Assembly (NCBI GenBank): GCA_002269645.1
Contig: NIVC01001428.1
Location: 1-54,814, forward strand
Direction of reading: 5' to 3'
DNA from: Macrostomum lignano
Lineage: Eukaryota
DNA: 54,814 nucleotides
The notes beneath the pieces are model-generated. The model worked only from the letters and a program-made list of their open reading frames with translations, had not been told where the DNA came from and searched no databases. This document shows positions 33,501 to 42,647 of the stretch, one piece after another. Position 1 is the first letter of the stretch. Each line of letters starts with the position of its first letter. Made by a program: the position numbers and the translations under genes.

Positions 33501-35277
33501 CAGCCTGCAATGGTTAAAAAACTTCAGTGACGCCGAGGGACAGGTTGCTCGCTGGTTGGAGAAGTTGGCTCCATTTCAGTACCGCATCGTTCACAGACCA
33601 GGTCGATCGCATGGCAACGCGGACGCAATGTCGAGGAAGCCAGTACGGAGACATTTCGGAGCGGAGACATGCCCGGCATGTGCGCAGCATCCAGAAGGAC
33701 TAAATGCAGTCGAATTTGAACGATTCTCAGCCGGCAATCTGGCAAGCGAGCAGGATCAAGACGACGATTTGAGAACAGTAAAGGAAGCGCTTGGCTCAAA
33801 CCCAGTTCCAGATAAAAGCGAGACAGCTTGGAGTCCACTGGCTAGAGCCGTCTGGACTCGAAAAGACGACCTGGTGCTGCAAGAGAACGTGCTCCTTGTG
33901 AGAAACAAAGACAGGCGCGATGAGTATCAAATGGTGCTGCCACGAAAGGCATTGGATCGTATCTTGAAAACCCTACACGAGGGAGTGGGAGGTGGCCACA
34001 TGGGCTTTGCGAAGACAAAATTTAAAGTGCTTCAGCGCTACTGGCGTCCAGGATTGTCTCGTGCCATTGAAGAATATATTCGCGGTTGTGCCACCTGCTG
34101 CAAGTCAAAGCCGGGCAAGCGAAACCGAGCACCCCTGCAACCGTTGACATTCGCAGCACCATTCGATTGCGTCATGATGGACATTGTCGGGCCGCTACCG
34201 CGGAGTAAGGCTGGAAACATTTATCTCCTGACAGTCCAAGATTCGTTTACGAAGTGGCCTGACGCGTACCCGCTTCGCAACCAGAAGGCAAGGACGGTGG
34301 CAAGGGCGCTTTTCAATCGATGGATTAGCCAGCATGGATGTCCGAGTACTTTGCACAGTGACCAAGGAAGGAACTTCGAATCGCAAGTGATGCGCGAAAT
34401 GTGCAGGATACTCGAGATCCGCAAGTCCAGAACCACAGCTTATCATCCGAGCGGAAATGGACAAGTAGAAAACTTCAATAAAAGTTTAAAATCCATCCTC
34501 AAGTGCTGCCTAGAGGACTCAGGACGAAACGACTGGGAAGAATTCGTCAGCTCTGCGTTAATGGCGTACCGATCAAGCGTGCATCGAGCAACGGGTTATA
34601 CTCCCCACTACATGGTCTATGGCACGGAGATGCGCCTACCGATAGACTTGACTGACCAGCCGCCACAGCCTGTCGATTCGCATGTAAATTTCGTCAAGGA
34701 GCTAGAAGACAAATTGCAGACAGCTCATCGCGCTGCTCGACAGCAGTTGAATACTTATCAGCGGCGACAGAAGGACCAGTACGATAAAAGAACCCGAGGA
34801 TCCGATATTCAGGAGGGTGACCATGTCTTCGTCTACAGCCCCGCCCTGAAACCAGACGAAGCCGCAAAGTTTCACGTAAGCTGGCTCGGCCCAGTGAAGG
34901 TGCTCGAAAGAAGATCCGAGGTGCTCTTCAAAGTGGAAAACCCGTCAAATCGTAAAAAGTCGAAGTTCGTCCACTTCAACAACCTCCGGAAGTTCGCTCG
35001 ACCGGCCGCCCTGGAAACACCAGTTAGGACCGCGGCACCGCCGGAGGTGGTCGACGAGACGGACTCGGAGACAGAGGCGGAATGCGAGACTTGGACTCGG
35101 CCTCAACTGATGCCGCCACAGGACGCCGAGGAAGTCGCCGAGGTGCTGGAAGAGCAGATGGAGTTGGTTGACGACCCGCAGCCTACTCATAACCCGGTGG
35201 AAGCTGCACCTGAGCCTCGAAGGTCCGGAAGGTTGCGACGGCCGCCGGATCGCTACGGCCAGCCAGTGACATTCTAA
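30490..35277 (+). CDS. pol: Pol polyprotein (repeat spacer, aspartic protease, RT, RNase H, integrase), in the -1 frame relative to gag
   Basis: ALVDSGAS (PR), YIDD (RT), DTDGS..LELLAV..TDH..NADAMSR (RH), H..H..C..C plus DIVGPL..SDQG..VENFN (IN). No stops over 1595 codons and no chromodomain seen. Confidence 0.96.
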   Translation: MLQLRGDRPSLIPVPKAGKRQEGPTSWRQVSPCNSSASEQAVISSHHHQTPGTASHQPPVSGTAPHQNPVSGTAPHQHPVSGTALHQPPVSGTASRQPPVSGTVPHQHPVSGTAAHQHPVSDTAPHQHPVSGTASHQPPVSGTASHQHPVSGTAPHQHPVSGTASHQPPVSGTASHQHPVFGTVPHQHPVSGTAPHQHPVSGTAPHQHPVSGTASHQPPVSGTASHQPPVSGTVSHQHPVSGTASHQPPVSGTVSHQHPVSGTASHQPPVSGTASHQHPVSGTVPHQPPASGTAPHHQLAGFAQSQRPITVNAPQSIQINPASIYVTASIAGRRVNALVDSGASCTIISREAYQSMPKQSVRDLAGAEGYVSLANGSPIEIERTVLLRLSIADKVIDTPALVVSGVKYQLVLGSDFCRDNSCVIDYKRAVFSVQDSAIPFRWQAERPIVCRILATRSSTIPPGHQAVLSARLESKGRRNRGCVGLTENLGANDLAAGRWLAKALVIPNSGSRLPTRLINITEEPVRIRQGCTLGWFCPLESTEPLNTIKLLAVESGDDPQEEPKFQGSDSPSEADLLPNSYGDCGLSTKEDEEFRILVRSYGDVFTTKQTSSKLTTVVEHEINTENARPIKIPPRRLPPHLQPEVDRQVNELLEKGQIEEAQSPWCFPLVCVKKKSGEMRMCVDYRKLNEVTVKDAVPMPRVDDALEAVHGAKIFSTMDLHSGFWQVGVRPQDQDKTAFAVPHRGQFRWKVMPFGLVNSPATFTRLMAAVLDKQMWKTCLVYIDDLLVWSTDVDEHLRRLEEIFSKLRQANLCLKPQKCHFLQKQVKFLGHTLSAAGISTDEEKVQEVKNWPTPRSSTELHSFLGLCGYYRKFIKDFAAIAAPLTRLTTKDAKFEWKTEQQLAFETLKERMTSSEVMAHPDFSPDAGEFILDTDGSSKMGIGAVLSQVQPDGAERVIAYGSKTLNQAERNYCTTRLELLAVVTFIMKFRYYLLGKAFCLRTDHSSLQWLKNFSDAEGQVARWLEKLAPFQYRIVHRPGRSHGNADAMSRKPVRRHFGAETCPACAQHPEGLNAVEFERFSAGNLASEQDQDDDLRTVKEALGSNPVPDKSETAWSPLARAVWTRKDDLVLQENVLLVRNKDRRDEYQMVLPRKALDRILKTLHEGVGGGHMGFAKTKFKVLQRYWRPGLSRAIEEYIRGCATCCKSKPGKRNRAPLQPLTFAAPFDCVMMDIVGPLPRSKAGNIYLLTVQDSFTKWPDAYPLRNQKARTVARALFNRWISQHGCPSTLHSDQGRNFESQVMREMCRILEIRKSRTTAYHPSGNGQVENFNKSLKSILKCCLEDSGRNDWEEFVSSALMAYRSSVHRATGYTPHYMVYGTEMRLPIDLTDQPPQPVDSHVNFVKELEDKLQTAHRAARQQLNTYQRRQKDQYDKRTRGSDIQEGDHVFVYSPALKPDEAAKFHVSWLGPVKVLERRSEVLFKVENPSNRKKSKFVHFNNLRKFARPAALETPVRTAAPPEVVDETDSETEAECETWTRPQLMPPQDAEEVAEVLEEQMELVDDPQPTHNPVEAAPEPRRSGRLRRPPDRYGQPVTF
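30625..31380 (+). repeat. 30-bp coding tandem repeat, about 25 copies of HQ(H/P)PVSGTA(S/P)
   Basis: Unit CCAGTGTCCGGTACTGCGTCTCATCAGC(A/C)T, in frame with pol. Confidence 0.95.
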
Positions 35278-35700
35278 TGGGTTACTCGTCATCGTGAAGT
35301 CTCATCAGTTTCATATGCGATTATCGTTAAAAGCCAGAAAAATATTTCGCGAATGCGTCATTCATCATAAATACGAGTACTTCATCAATGCATCATTCAT
35401 CATGAGTACGAGCAGTTCGCCAATGCGTCATTCAAGAAATTCGTTAATGCGTCATTAAGTCATTTTAATCGCATCTTCATCGAAGTTTTGACGAGAATCA
35501 AATTTTGCCTACAAAATCTATGCATCGGTGGAGGGTATTCGGACTGGCATCCGGTGACAACTCGAATTTGCGCTGGGACTTTACGATGCAGGGTACCGCG
35601 GGCCACGGTCCGAGGAGATGACGCTCTGGCAAGAGGGGAGCAGGAGTAGAATCTGGAGTCAGGGACAGTGTGTCGCAGGTTTGAGTACGTTGCTTTGCAG

Positions 35701-36735
35701 ATGGATTTGTACGCTGTCCTCCAAGTCGGACACACAGCCGAACGTGCCGAGATCAGGCGAGTCTATCGACAGCTAGCGCTCTTCTGGCACCCGGACAAGC
35801 ACCCGGACAAGGAACTCGCAGGACGCCGTTTCCAAGAAATTGAGACTGCTGGTAGAATTCTATCGTGTCCATATCGCCGAGCGATGTACGACCAGTTGGG
35901 CGATAAATCAATCCCGTATGACGAGGCTGTAACCTTCGCAATGACGTTCATACCTCCTACTGGTGTAAGAATGCCGGCGGACATCGAAGAGGGAGTACAG
36001 CAAAGGCGAGAAGTTGAAGAAGCTCAGCGCAAGGAAGCTGGTCTCAGGCAGGGGAGACAGGGACAGAGGAACGATTACGAAGCGGATGGCTACATTCTAA
36101 TCTCGGACGACGATGAGAGCGAGGAGTCGGATGAGTGTAGCATCGACACAGAAGAAGAAGACGAGTTGCTGGCATCGGATGGCTCCTCCGGAAGTAGTGA
36201 GTCAGAAGCTATGGAGATCGATGTACCGGAAAGCAAGGAGGTTGTCTCACATCGCGCGTCGGGAGCAATATGGGATGATGAAAAGCTGTCGTTATCGGCA
36301 GCTGCGCGTCAGCTCCGCCATCGTTTGATGAAGCATATTTTGGCTGGACAGTCGGACGGAATCGTGTCAGTGCTCACGGCTATGAGACGGCTGTTTCGAG
36401 ACTCGCAGCGAGAACCGAGGAGCGCACTGTCAATGGTCCTGCTGCAGGCGTTGTTCTTCATCCGCAGAGATATCGCTCCGGTAAAGCGTCAGAGAGCAGG
36501 CCGCCGTTACTGGTCTAGGCAGAGTTTTGATTGTTTCGTCCGACAGCTCTGTCACGAGCTCATCCCGCTGTTCGGTTTGCGCCGGCCCGGCAGGCTGCTC
36601 GAGGTCCTGAAAAGCTGCGTCGGTCTCCCTGGACTTCGGGTTCGCTGGGTGCCCAGTTCCGATTCATACTGTATTTTCTACTTACTTGTATGTATGTTGT
36701 TACGCTCGTACTGTATGGGTTTATTTGCATGCTAG
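35701..36735 (+). CDS. Retrotransposon accessory ORF3: N-terminal DnaJ/Hsp40 J-domain, acidic linker, unknown C-terminal domain (344 aa)
   Basis: MDLYAVLQV..AEIRRVYRQLALFWHPDKHPDKELAGRRFQEIETAGRILSCPYRRAMYDQLG matches all four J-domain helices and the HPD motif (35788-35796). It lies between pol and the PPT. Confidence 0.88.
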   Translation: MDLYAVLQVGHTAERAEIRRVYRQLALFWHPDKHPDKELAGRRFQEIETAGRILSCPYRRAMYDQLGDKSIPYDEAVTFAMTFIPPTGVRMPADIEEGVQQRREVEEAQRKEAGLRQGRQGQRNDYEADGYILISDDDESEESDECSIDTEEEDELLASDGSSGSSESEAMEIDVPESKEVVSHRASGAIWDDEKLSLSAAARQLRHRLMKHILAGQSDGIVSVLTAMRRLFRDSQREPRSALSMVLLQALFFIRRDIAPVKRQRAGRRYWSRQSFDCFVRQLCHELIPLFGLRRPGRLLEVLKSCVGLPGLRVRWVPSSDSYCIFYLLVCMLLRSYCMGLFAC

Positions 36736-36769
36736 TGGGGTCAAGCTTCCTGGGGGAATGGCTCAGCAG

Positions 36770-37380
36770 CTGTGCGGCGGCCACGTGCGCTTCCTGCCGG
36801 CTTCTGCGGCGGCCACGTGCGCTTCCTGCCGGCTTCTGCGGCGGCCACGTGCGCTTCCTGCCGGCTTCTGCGGCGGCCACCTGCGCTTCCTGCCGGCTTC
36901 TGCGGCGGCCACCTGCGCTTCCTGCCGGCTTCTGCGGCGGCCACGTGCGCTTCCCGCCCGGCCATCTGCGCGCCTCGCCCGGCCGCCTTCGCGTCTTGCC
37001 GGCCACCTGCGTGCCCTGTCGGCCATCTGCGCGTCCTGTCGGCAACCTGCGTGCCCTGTCGGCCATCTGCGCGTCCTGTCGGCAACCTGCGCTTCCTGCC
37101 CGGCCATCTGCGCGTCCTGTCGGCAACCTGCGCTTCCCGCCCGGCCATCTGCGCTTCCTGCCGGCCACCTGCGTGCCCTGCCGGTTATCTGCACTTCCTG
37201 CCGGCCACCTGCGTGTCCTGCCGGCCACTTGCGCGTCCTGCCGGCCACCTGCGCGTCCCGCCCGGCCACCTGCGTGCCCTGCCGGCCATCTGCACTTCCT
37301 GCCGGCCATCTGCACTTCCTGCCGGCCACCTGCGCGTCCCGCCCGGCCACCTGCGCGTCCTGCCGGCCACCTGCGATGGT
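36770..37380. repeat. GC-rich compound minisatellite (32-bp units, then 20/24-bp units) in the element's 3' region
   Basis: CCACGTGCGCTTCCTGCCGGCTTCTGCGGCGG repeats, then GGCCA(T/C)CTGCG(C/T)G(T/C)CCTG(T/C)C repeats. Confidence 0.92.
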
Positions 37381-37616
37381 TTTCTGTGGCGCCAGCTTTG
37401 ATGTAAAGCCTATTCCGTGCCCCGTGGTTGCTCTGACGAACTTGCGTGCAGAAAACCAGTATTTTTTTTCATATTTCTTTTGCGGCAACCATTTTTCTTT
37501 TTCCCCTTTGCATTAGTGTGTTTCCAATTTTTTTGTTGTTTTTGATTTTTTTGCTTTGTTATTTAAAAAATTTGGAATCCCAGTCGCCGTGGTTCGAGCT
37601 CCGCCCTGTTTTTTTT

Positions 37617-37628
37617 AGGAGGGGAGGG
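37617..37628 (+). promoter_or_regulatory. Polypurine tract
   Basis: AGGAGGGGAGGG immediately before the 3' LTR, preceded by a T-run. Confidence 0.9.
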
Positions 37629-38566
37629 TGTAGTGCATGCGCCCTTGTCAGTTGGCAGGGCGCGTTGCACTTTGGGGCTGGTTGGGGGGGTTGGCGGGCG
37701 TGGCGGGCGTGGCAGGGTTTGGCCGCCGGCCGGGCTTTGCGCGTGCCCCTCCCCAGCCGTGCCCCTGCCCCGTGCTCAGGGCTGGTTGGCTGCGGCCGGG
37801 CCAGCTTTGGCGCGGGTGCTGCCCCTCCCCCTTAGGCGGGGTTTTGATTGGCTGGGCCGGCGTGGTTTGTTTTGGTGAGCTTAGCCGGTGGGGCCGTCTG
37901 CCCCAGGGTTTGGGTGCTATTTATGGTGCGACTCTGGCTCTTGCCCACCTCCTGCGTGCTTTTTGTGTTTTGGTGTGCTCCGAGAGTGCAAGCGCGAGAC
38001 CTGATAAATGAAACAGCAACATTAGCTACTTCGATAAAAGAAACAGCAACATTAGCTACTTCGATAAAAGAAACAGCAACATTAGCTACTTCGATAAAAG
38101 AAACACAATAGCCTAATTGAGAAGAGTCTTGGAGAATTAAGAAGAAGTCGGAAACTGCGCTTGAGACCTGCGAATAATAAACGGTGAACAGTCATCTGGC
38201 CACTGGTAAGCCGCCTGCTGTTTGAGTCCTTTCTTTTCGGGAAGCTTGCTAGGCCGAATTCTTGCCAGAGCGTCATAACGCCGGGAGACCATATAGCTTC
38301 TGTAGTACGGTACCGTTTACCATATATATTGCGTACGCCCTACGGTATAGAGAATAGAAGCACTCGAGAGTGTCACCACACCTCGAGCCGCAGCGTGAAC
38401 TCTGAGTGTCACAACACCAGAGGGATCGAATTATTATCGCAGAGCGTCGCCACGCCTGCTCGTCGTATTCATAAAAGTACAGACAGAGCGTCACAACGCC
38501 TGTTATATCACATATAATATATATTGTACTCGGGACTGGGCACCCAAGCCGACCCGGGTTACAACA
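37629..38566 (+). repeat. 3' LTR
   Basis: Direct repeat of 28477-29414, followed by the GTAG TSD. Confidence 0.95.
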
Positions 38567-39583
38567 GTAGTGATGGTGGCTCATTTGATGGCCTAGTATA
38601 ACTGTATAAATATGATTATAAACTCCAAAAAGATGCAGTTTTATGGTAAGCATGTAAAGGCCCTGTAATAAATCATCTGCAAGATCTTTATCGATATTTG
38701 GCCAAAAAATGTACAATCATCTTGTGACGAATATCTGGTCCGAGAGTTCGCATGCTGACGGACTGCTATTCAAGTAGTGATTGAACACACAGTTAGTGGT
38801 GACCGATAACTGACGGAGCCGATTATTCGATTACGGATTATGTATATTTGTAGGTTACAGACACGAACGGTACATGTATATAGCTGATGCTAAACAGGTA
38901 ATTGGTAACGAACAGCTGTAGTGTCGATGGAATGGCTTCGAAGATGACCTTAGTGGGAATTAGTTAATTGAGAGCGATTTTGAACTACTGTTTATCAATG
39001 TTTACGGAAATCAAATTTGCTGGCCATAGGAACAGCAGCCGAACTCCATGTACGAGTTAGTCCTCTCCGAAGCCAAAGAATTCAAAATGTTAAATATAAC
39101 TATTTCAATTCAGTAAAACAAAGCATTGTTTACTTTTGTCGATAAACATAAAAATGAAACCATCTGATATTAATAACATACATATTAAATATTTTTAGTA
39201 GATATTAATCGATGAATTGAAATAATAAAAAGAACCACCAACGTACGTCACAATCTTATTGTGGCAGGCGAGGCCGCCACTGGCTTTTCCCACAGCGTGT
39301 AACTCTATTTTTCGCCGCGCGATTTCCCTTTGCCGTAATTTTACGTCATCCTGACGTCACGCGCGCTACAGTTAATGTAACTCCCCGTTCCACTCCGTGT
39401 ATTTTTCGTTCGTTTTAATGCTTTTGAATAGGGGTCCACCCGGTGTTTAGTCGTCACCACCCGGTGTTACCCCGTCCCTTTTTCTATCCGGTGTCGCTCT
39501 CTCCCCACCCGGGGTAACCCCTTTCCTCCCGGTGGCTCATGAGAGCGCTATTTAAGAGTCTGCGCCCCGCCTTTCCCAGCCAG

Positions 39584-39715
39584 ACTCGTGGAATCCGCCC
39601 AACTCTCATGGAATCCGCCCCAACTCTCGTGGAATCCGCCCCAGCTCTCGTGGAATCCGCCATAACCCTCGTGGAATCCGCCTCAACTCTCGTGGAATCC
39701 GCCCCAACTTTCGTG
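39584..39715. repeat. About 21-bp minisatellite, about 6 copies
   Basis: CTCGTGGAATCCGCCCCAACT units. Confidence 0.85.
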
Positions 39716-40427
39716 GTTTTGCCCCGATCCCTTGTGAGACCGACTTCCGTGGTATTGCCCATCTTCTTTAACTCTAATACAGTCCATTACGAGAGGCCCC
39801 TACGTGTAAGCCCGACATCCCGACCCGACCAGCTCCTCACCCAGCCAGCTAATTATTATCTCTTAATAATAACATCATAGTACATTGCTTGTGGCTCGTG
39901 CAACAGTTAATAACAATAATACGTGCTATTCAGCTACCTGGCCCCTTTAACGCCAGCCAAGTAATCTCTTGTATGGAAACGGTGTCTTAGCCTTCGTGAC
40001 CTCGGAAGCTTTATTTGACCTAGCGGTCTCAAGAGAAGTCCTAGAGCCAACTCGAGCTAGTTTTGAGCTCTAGAGAGCTTTTCCCATGTATAACCGCGGT
40101 GGTGGCAGCAAACTACTACTATTAGCAACAATCTCGACAAACTTAGCTTATTTTGAAGTTTTCCCCATTTCGGCTACAAATTTCTGCATTCGGCATTCTG
40201 GATGTCGGAAAAACTAGACCGCTCTGCCGCGACCACAGCTACCCTCCCCTTGAGCCTGAGGAACTCAGCAGCCGGAGCTCCCCGTCATCTGCAAGCCGAG
40301 ATCCTCGCTTAAGTTTGTTTGAATCGTAGAAACCGCACCGATTTGAACGGCTGAGATGAACGAATTAAATCTCGACCAATCAACACAGACGAAACCCTCC
40401 GACCTTATTATCATCTGTGAGAATATA

Positions 40428-41735
40428 CGAGGGATACTCCAAAAGTTTTGCAATTCAACCACTTGCGCAAGTCGCACAATCTTCAAAACCAACTCTCTGT
40501 ACAATAAACATGTACATAGTCCCCACCTCAATTTTCAAGTGAATTCATACATATACGCCTGCTCAGCCCCCAGTCAAAGTCAGAGACCCCTTAACTGTAC
40601 AGCTGCAGCCATGGAATTGAATCGTGAGCAGAATCGGCTACTAATTTGGTACTGCCACAAGCGAAAGCTCACGGCGCTTGAGACTCATGCCGAGCTACTA
40701 GCAACATTGGAGGCTCAAGCGCCGTCATATGCTACGGTTACACGCTGGTACCGCGAGTTCCAGGCCAGCAGGACCAGCTTTTCTGACGACCCCCGGCCCG
40801 GGAGACCTCCGACAGCAGTGACGGAGGAAAACATCGCTGCAGTGCAGGAGCTGATTCATCAGGATCCGCGAATCACCACGGACATGCTAGCTATGAATGT
40901 CAGCATTGAATCGGCAACGGTCGATACGATTCTACACGATCACCTGAGAGTCAGGAAGCTTTGTGCCCGATGGATACCCCACATCCTGACAGATGCTCAG
41001 AAACAGGCCCGCATGGAGTTCTGTCAGTTTCTCATCGATCAATATGAGCATGGGAGCCATCAGCGCCGCTCTGAGGTCATCACTGGTGATGAGACGTTTC
41101 TCTATCATTTTGACGTCGAGACAAAGCGCAGCAGTGCAGAGTGGGTGCCGGAAGGTGGGCAACGACCCCTGAAAGCAAGGCGGTCCCGGTCCCAGGGCAA
41201 GCGGATGTTTGCCATCTTCTTCGACTCACAAGGCGTGGTGGCGATGGAGAAGCTGGAGGGTCAAGCTACAGTCACTGCTCGATGGTACACTGAAGAGTGC
41301 TTGCCAGTCGTGATCGACAGCGTGACCCAGAGGGCACCAAGGACGGGAATGCGAGGGCGGAAACTTCACCATGACAACGCCCCCGCCCATACGGCTGCTG
41401 CAACTCGAGCGTTCCTGGACCAAGAGGGCATTTCAACGCTACCACACCCGCCCTACTCACCCGACCTCGCCCCCTGCGACTTCTGGCTCTTTCCAGAAAT
41501 CAAAAAATCGCTTAGGGGGCGCAGGTTTCAGTCCGACGAGGAGCTGGAGCAGGCGGCGAAGGAGACGATTGACGGCATCCCAATTGAAGACTTCCAGGGC
41601 TTGATGAACAAGTGGCTCGGACGAGCGCACAAGTGTTTGCAGTTCCGGGGAGCCTACTTTGAAGGATTGTAATAGAAAAGTTTGCCAAAATTAACTTTAA
41701 ATAGTCGAATTGCAAAACTTTTAGAGTATCCCTCG
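40428..41735 (+). mobile_element. Intact mariner transposon (1308 bp)
   Basis: 29-bp TIRs CGAGGGATACTC(C/T)AAAAGTTTTGCAATTC with one mismatch, TA on both sides, single transposase ORF. Confidence 0.96.
40611..41672 (+). CDS. Mariner DD34D transposase (353 aa)
   Basis: WIPHIL, TGDET, HHDNAPAH, YSPDLAPCD with 34 residues between the second and third D. Confidence 0.95.
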   Translation: MELNREQNRLLIWYCHKRKLTALETHAELLATLEAQAPSYATVTRWYREFQASRTSFSDDPRPGRPPTAVTEENIAAVQELIHQDPRITTDMLAMNVSIESATVDTILHDHLRVRKLCARWIPHILTDAQKQARMEFCQFLIDQYEHGSHQRRSEVITGDETFLYHFDVETKRSSAEWVPEGGQRPLKARRSRSQGKRMFAIFFDSQGVVAMEKLEGQATVTARWYTEECLPVVIDSVTQRAPRTGMRGRKLHHDNAPAHTAAATRAFLDQEGISTLPHPPYSPDLAPCDFWLFPEIKKSLRGRRFQSDEELEQAAKETIDGIPIEDFQGLMNKWLGRAHKCLQFRGAYFEGL

Positions 41736-42052
41736 TATGTTGGCAAACGCTGCCGAAAATGGTGTTTCTGGATTACCATAATCTGTGGCCTATATTCGAA
41801 AGATATGCGAATATGAATCCGTGATATGAATTTCAAAAACAGCATTTTTAGTTCAGTAGATCAAAGCGGCAAAGCCCCATAGAAAAAATTATGGAGGTCA
41901 TGCTGTTAAAAAATTAATAGTTTTGTTAGTCCTAGACCAAATTTATAAAATGTCTTTGTACTATTAGAATTTCATTGGCCCTGGACATTCTACCTACACT
42001 ACACGACTTTATAGTTCTTAGGTTCTTTCGCGTTTTTTTTGGTATTAAATTT

Positions 42053-42647
42053 GGTTTCAACCTACTTCGGCGAAAGAATTTTCGGCGAAAGTCAAAAACG
42101 GCGAAAAATACTTTCGCAATGACCATTTGTCTAAAGCTGACCATTTCGGCGAAAAATTTATTCTAAGCTTCGCTGAGAAGTTTTTTGTTTTAGAAGTAAG
42201 CTAAAAAAACGACGAACTTTAAAAAGACTAATTTTATCTTAGCATGTTTTTGTTTTGTCGCAGTTTAATTTAGTTGTTTTATTAGATGCCCTTCCATTAC
42301 GGCGGAATTTCAAAGTACGATTTTAAGAGCCTGGTGATTTAATCTGAAAAACCACACCGTCATCATCCCTAATCTATTGACTGCATATCGATAGATCGCA
42401 TGTACATAACATAGCTACGAGCTAAGTCATGAGTTTTTTAATTTTCTAACTGCAAATAATTTGCAGCAATGAACAATTTATTAAAAGCTATAATCACCAA
42501 AGTGGTATATTTGCAATATATACGTAGCCCATCTTTTCGCCGCACTGGTCACTTTCTTTCGCCGAAATGTACATCTATTGAAACTTAAAATTCACTTTCG
42601 CTGAAGCGTCCTTCGCCGAAAATTCTTTCGCCGAAATGGGCTGCACC
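42053..42647. mobile_element. Non-autonomous TIR element with TTCGGCGAAA subterminal repeats
   Basis: Imperfect GG..CC TIRs flanked by (A/C)TTAAATTT (8-9-bp TSD). A related fragment lies at about 18270-18420. Confidence 0.6.

Larger units (their letters stand above)
28477..38566 (+). mobile_element. Full-length Ty3/gypsy LTR retrotransposon (10,090 bp) with an additional J-domain ORF
   Basis: Two 938-bp TG..CA LTRs, 4-bp TSD GTAG (28473-28476, 38567-38570), PBS, PPT, gag, and pol in PR-RT-RH-IN order. Confidence 0.97.

Noticed and set aside
35701-36735. ORF3 as env, or as a T-antigen-like LxCxE protein
   Set aside because: No signal peptide, furin site or fusion-protein layout, and no LxCxE motif in the sequence.
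36531-37516. Multiple 135-291-aa ORFs on both strands
   Set aside because: By-products of a stop-poor GC-rich minisatellite; no domain signal.
40356-40610. N-terminal extension of the mariner ORF (438 aa in the track)
   Set aside because: It starts outside the TIR; the transposase begins at ATG 40611.
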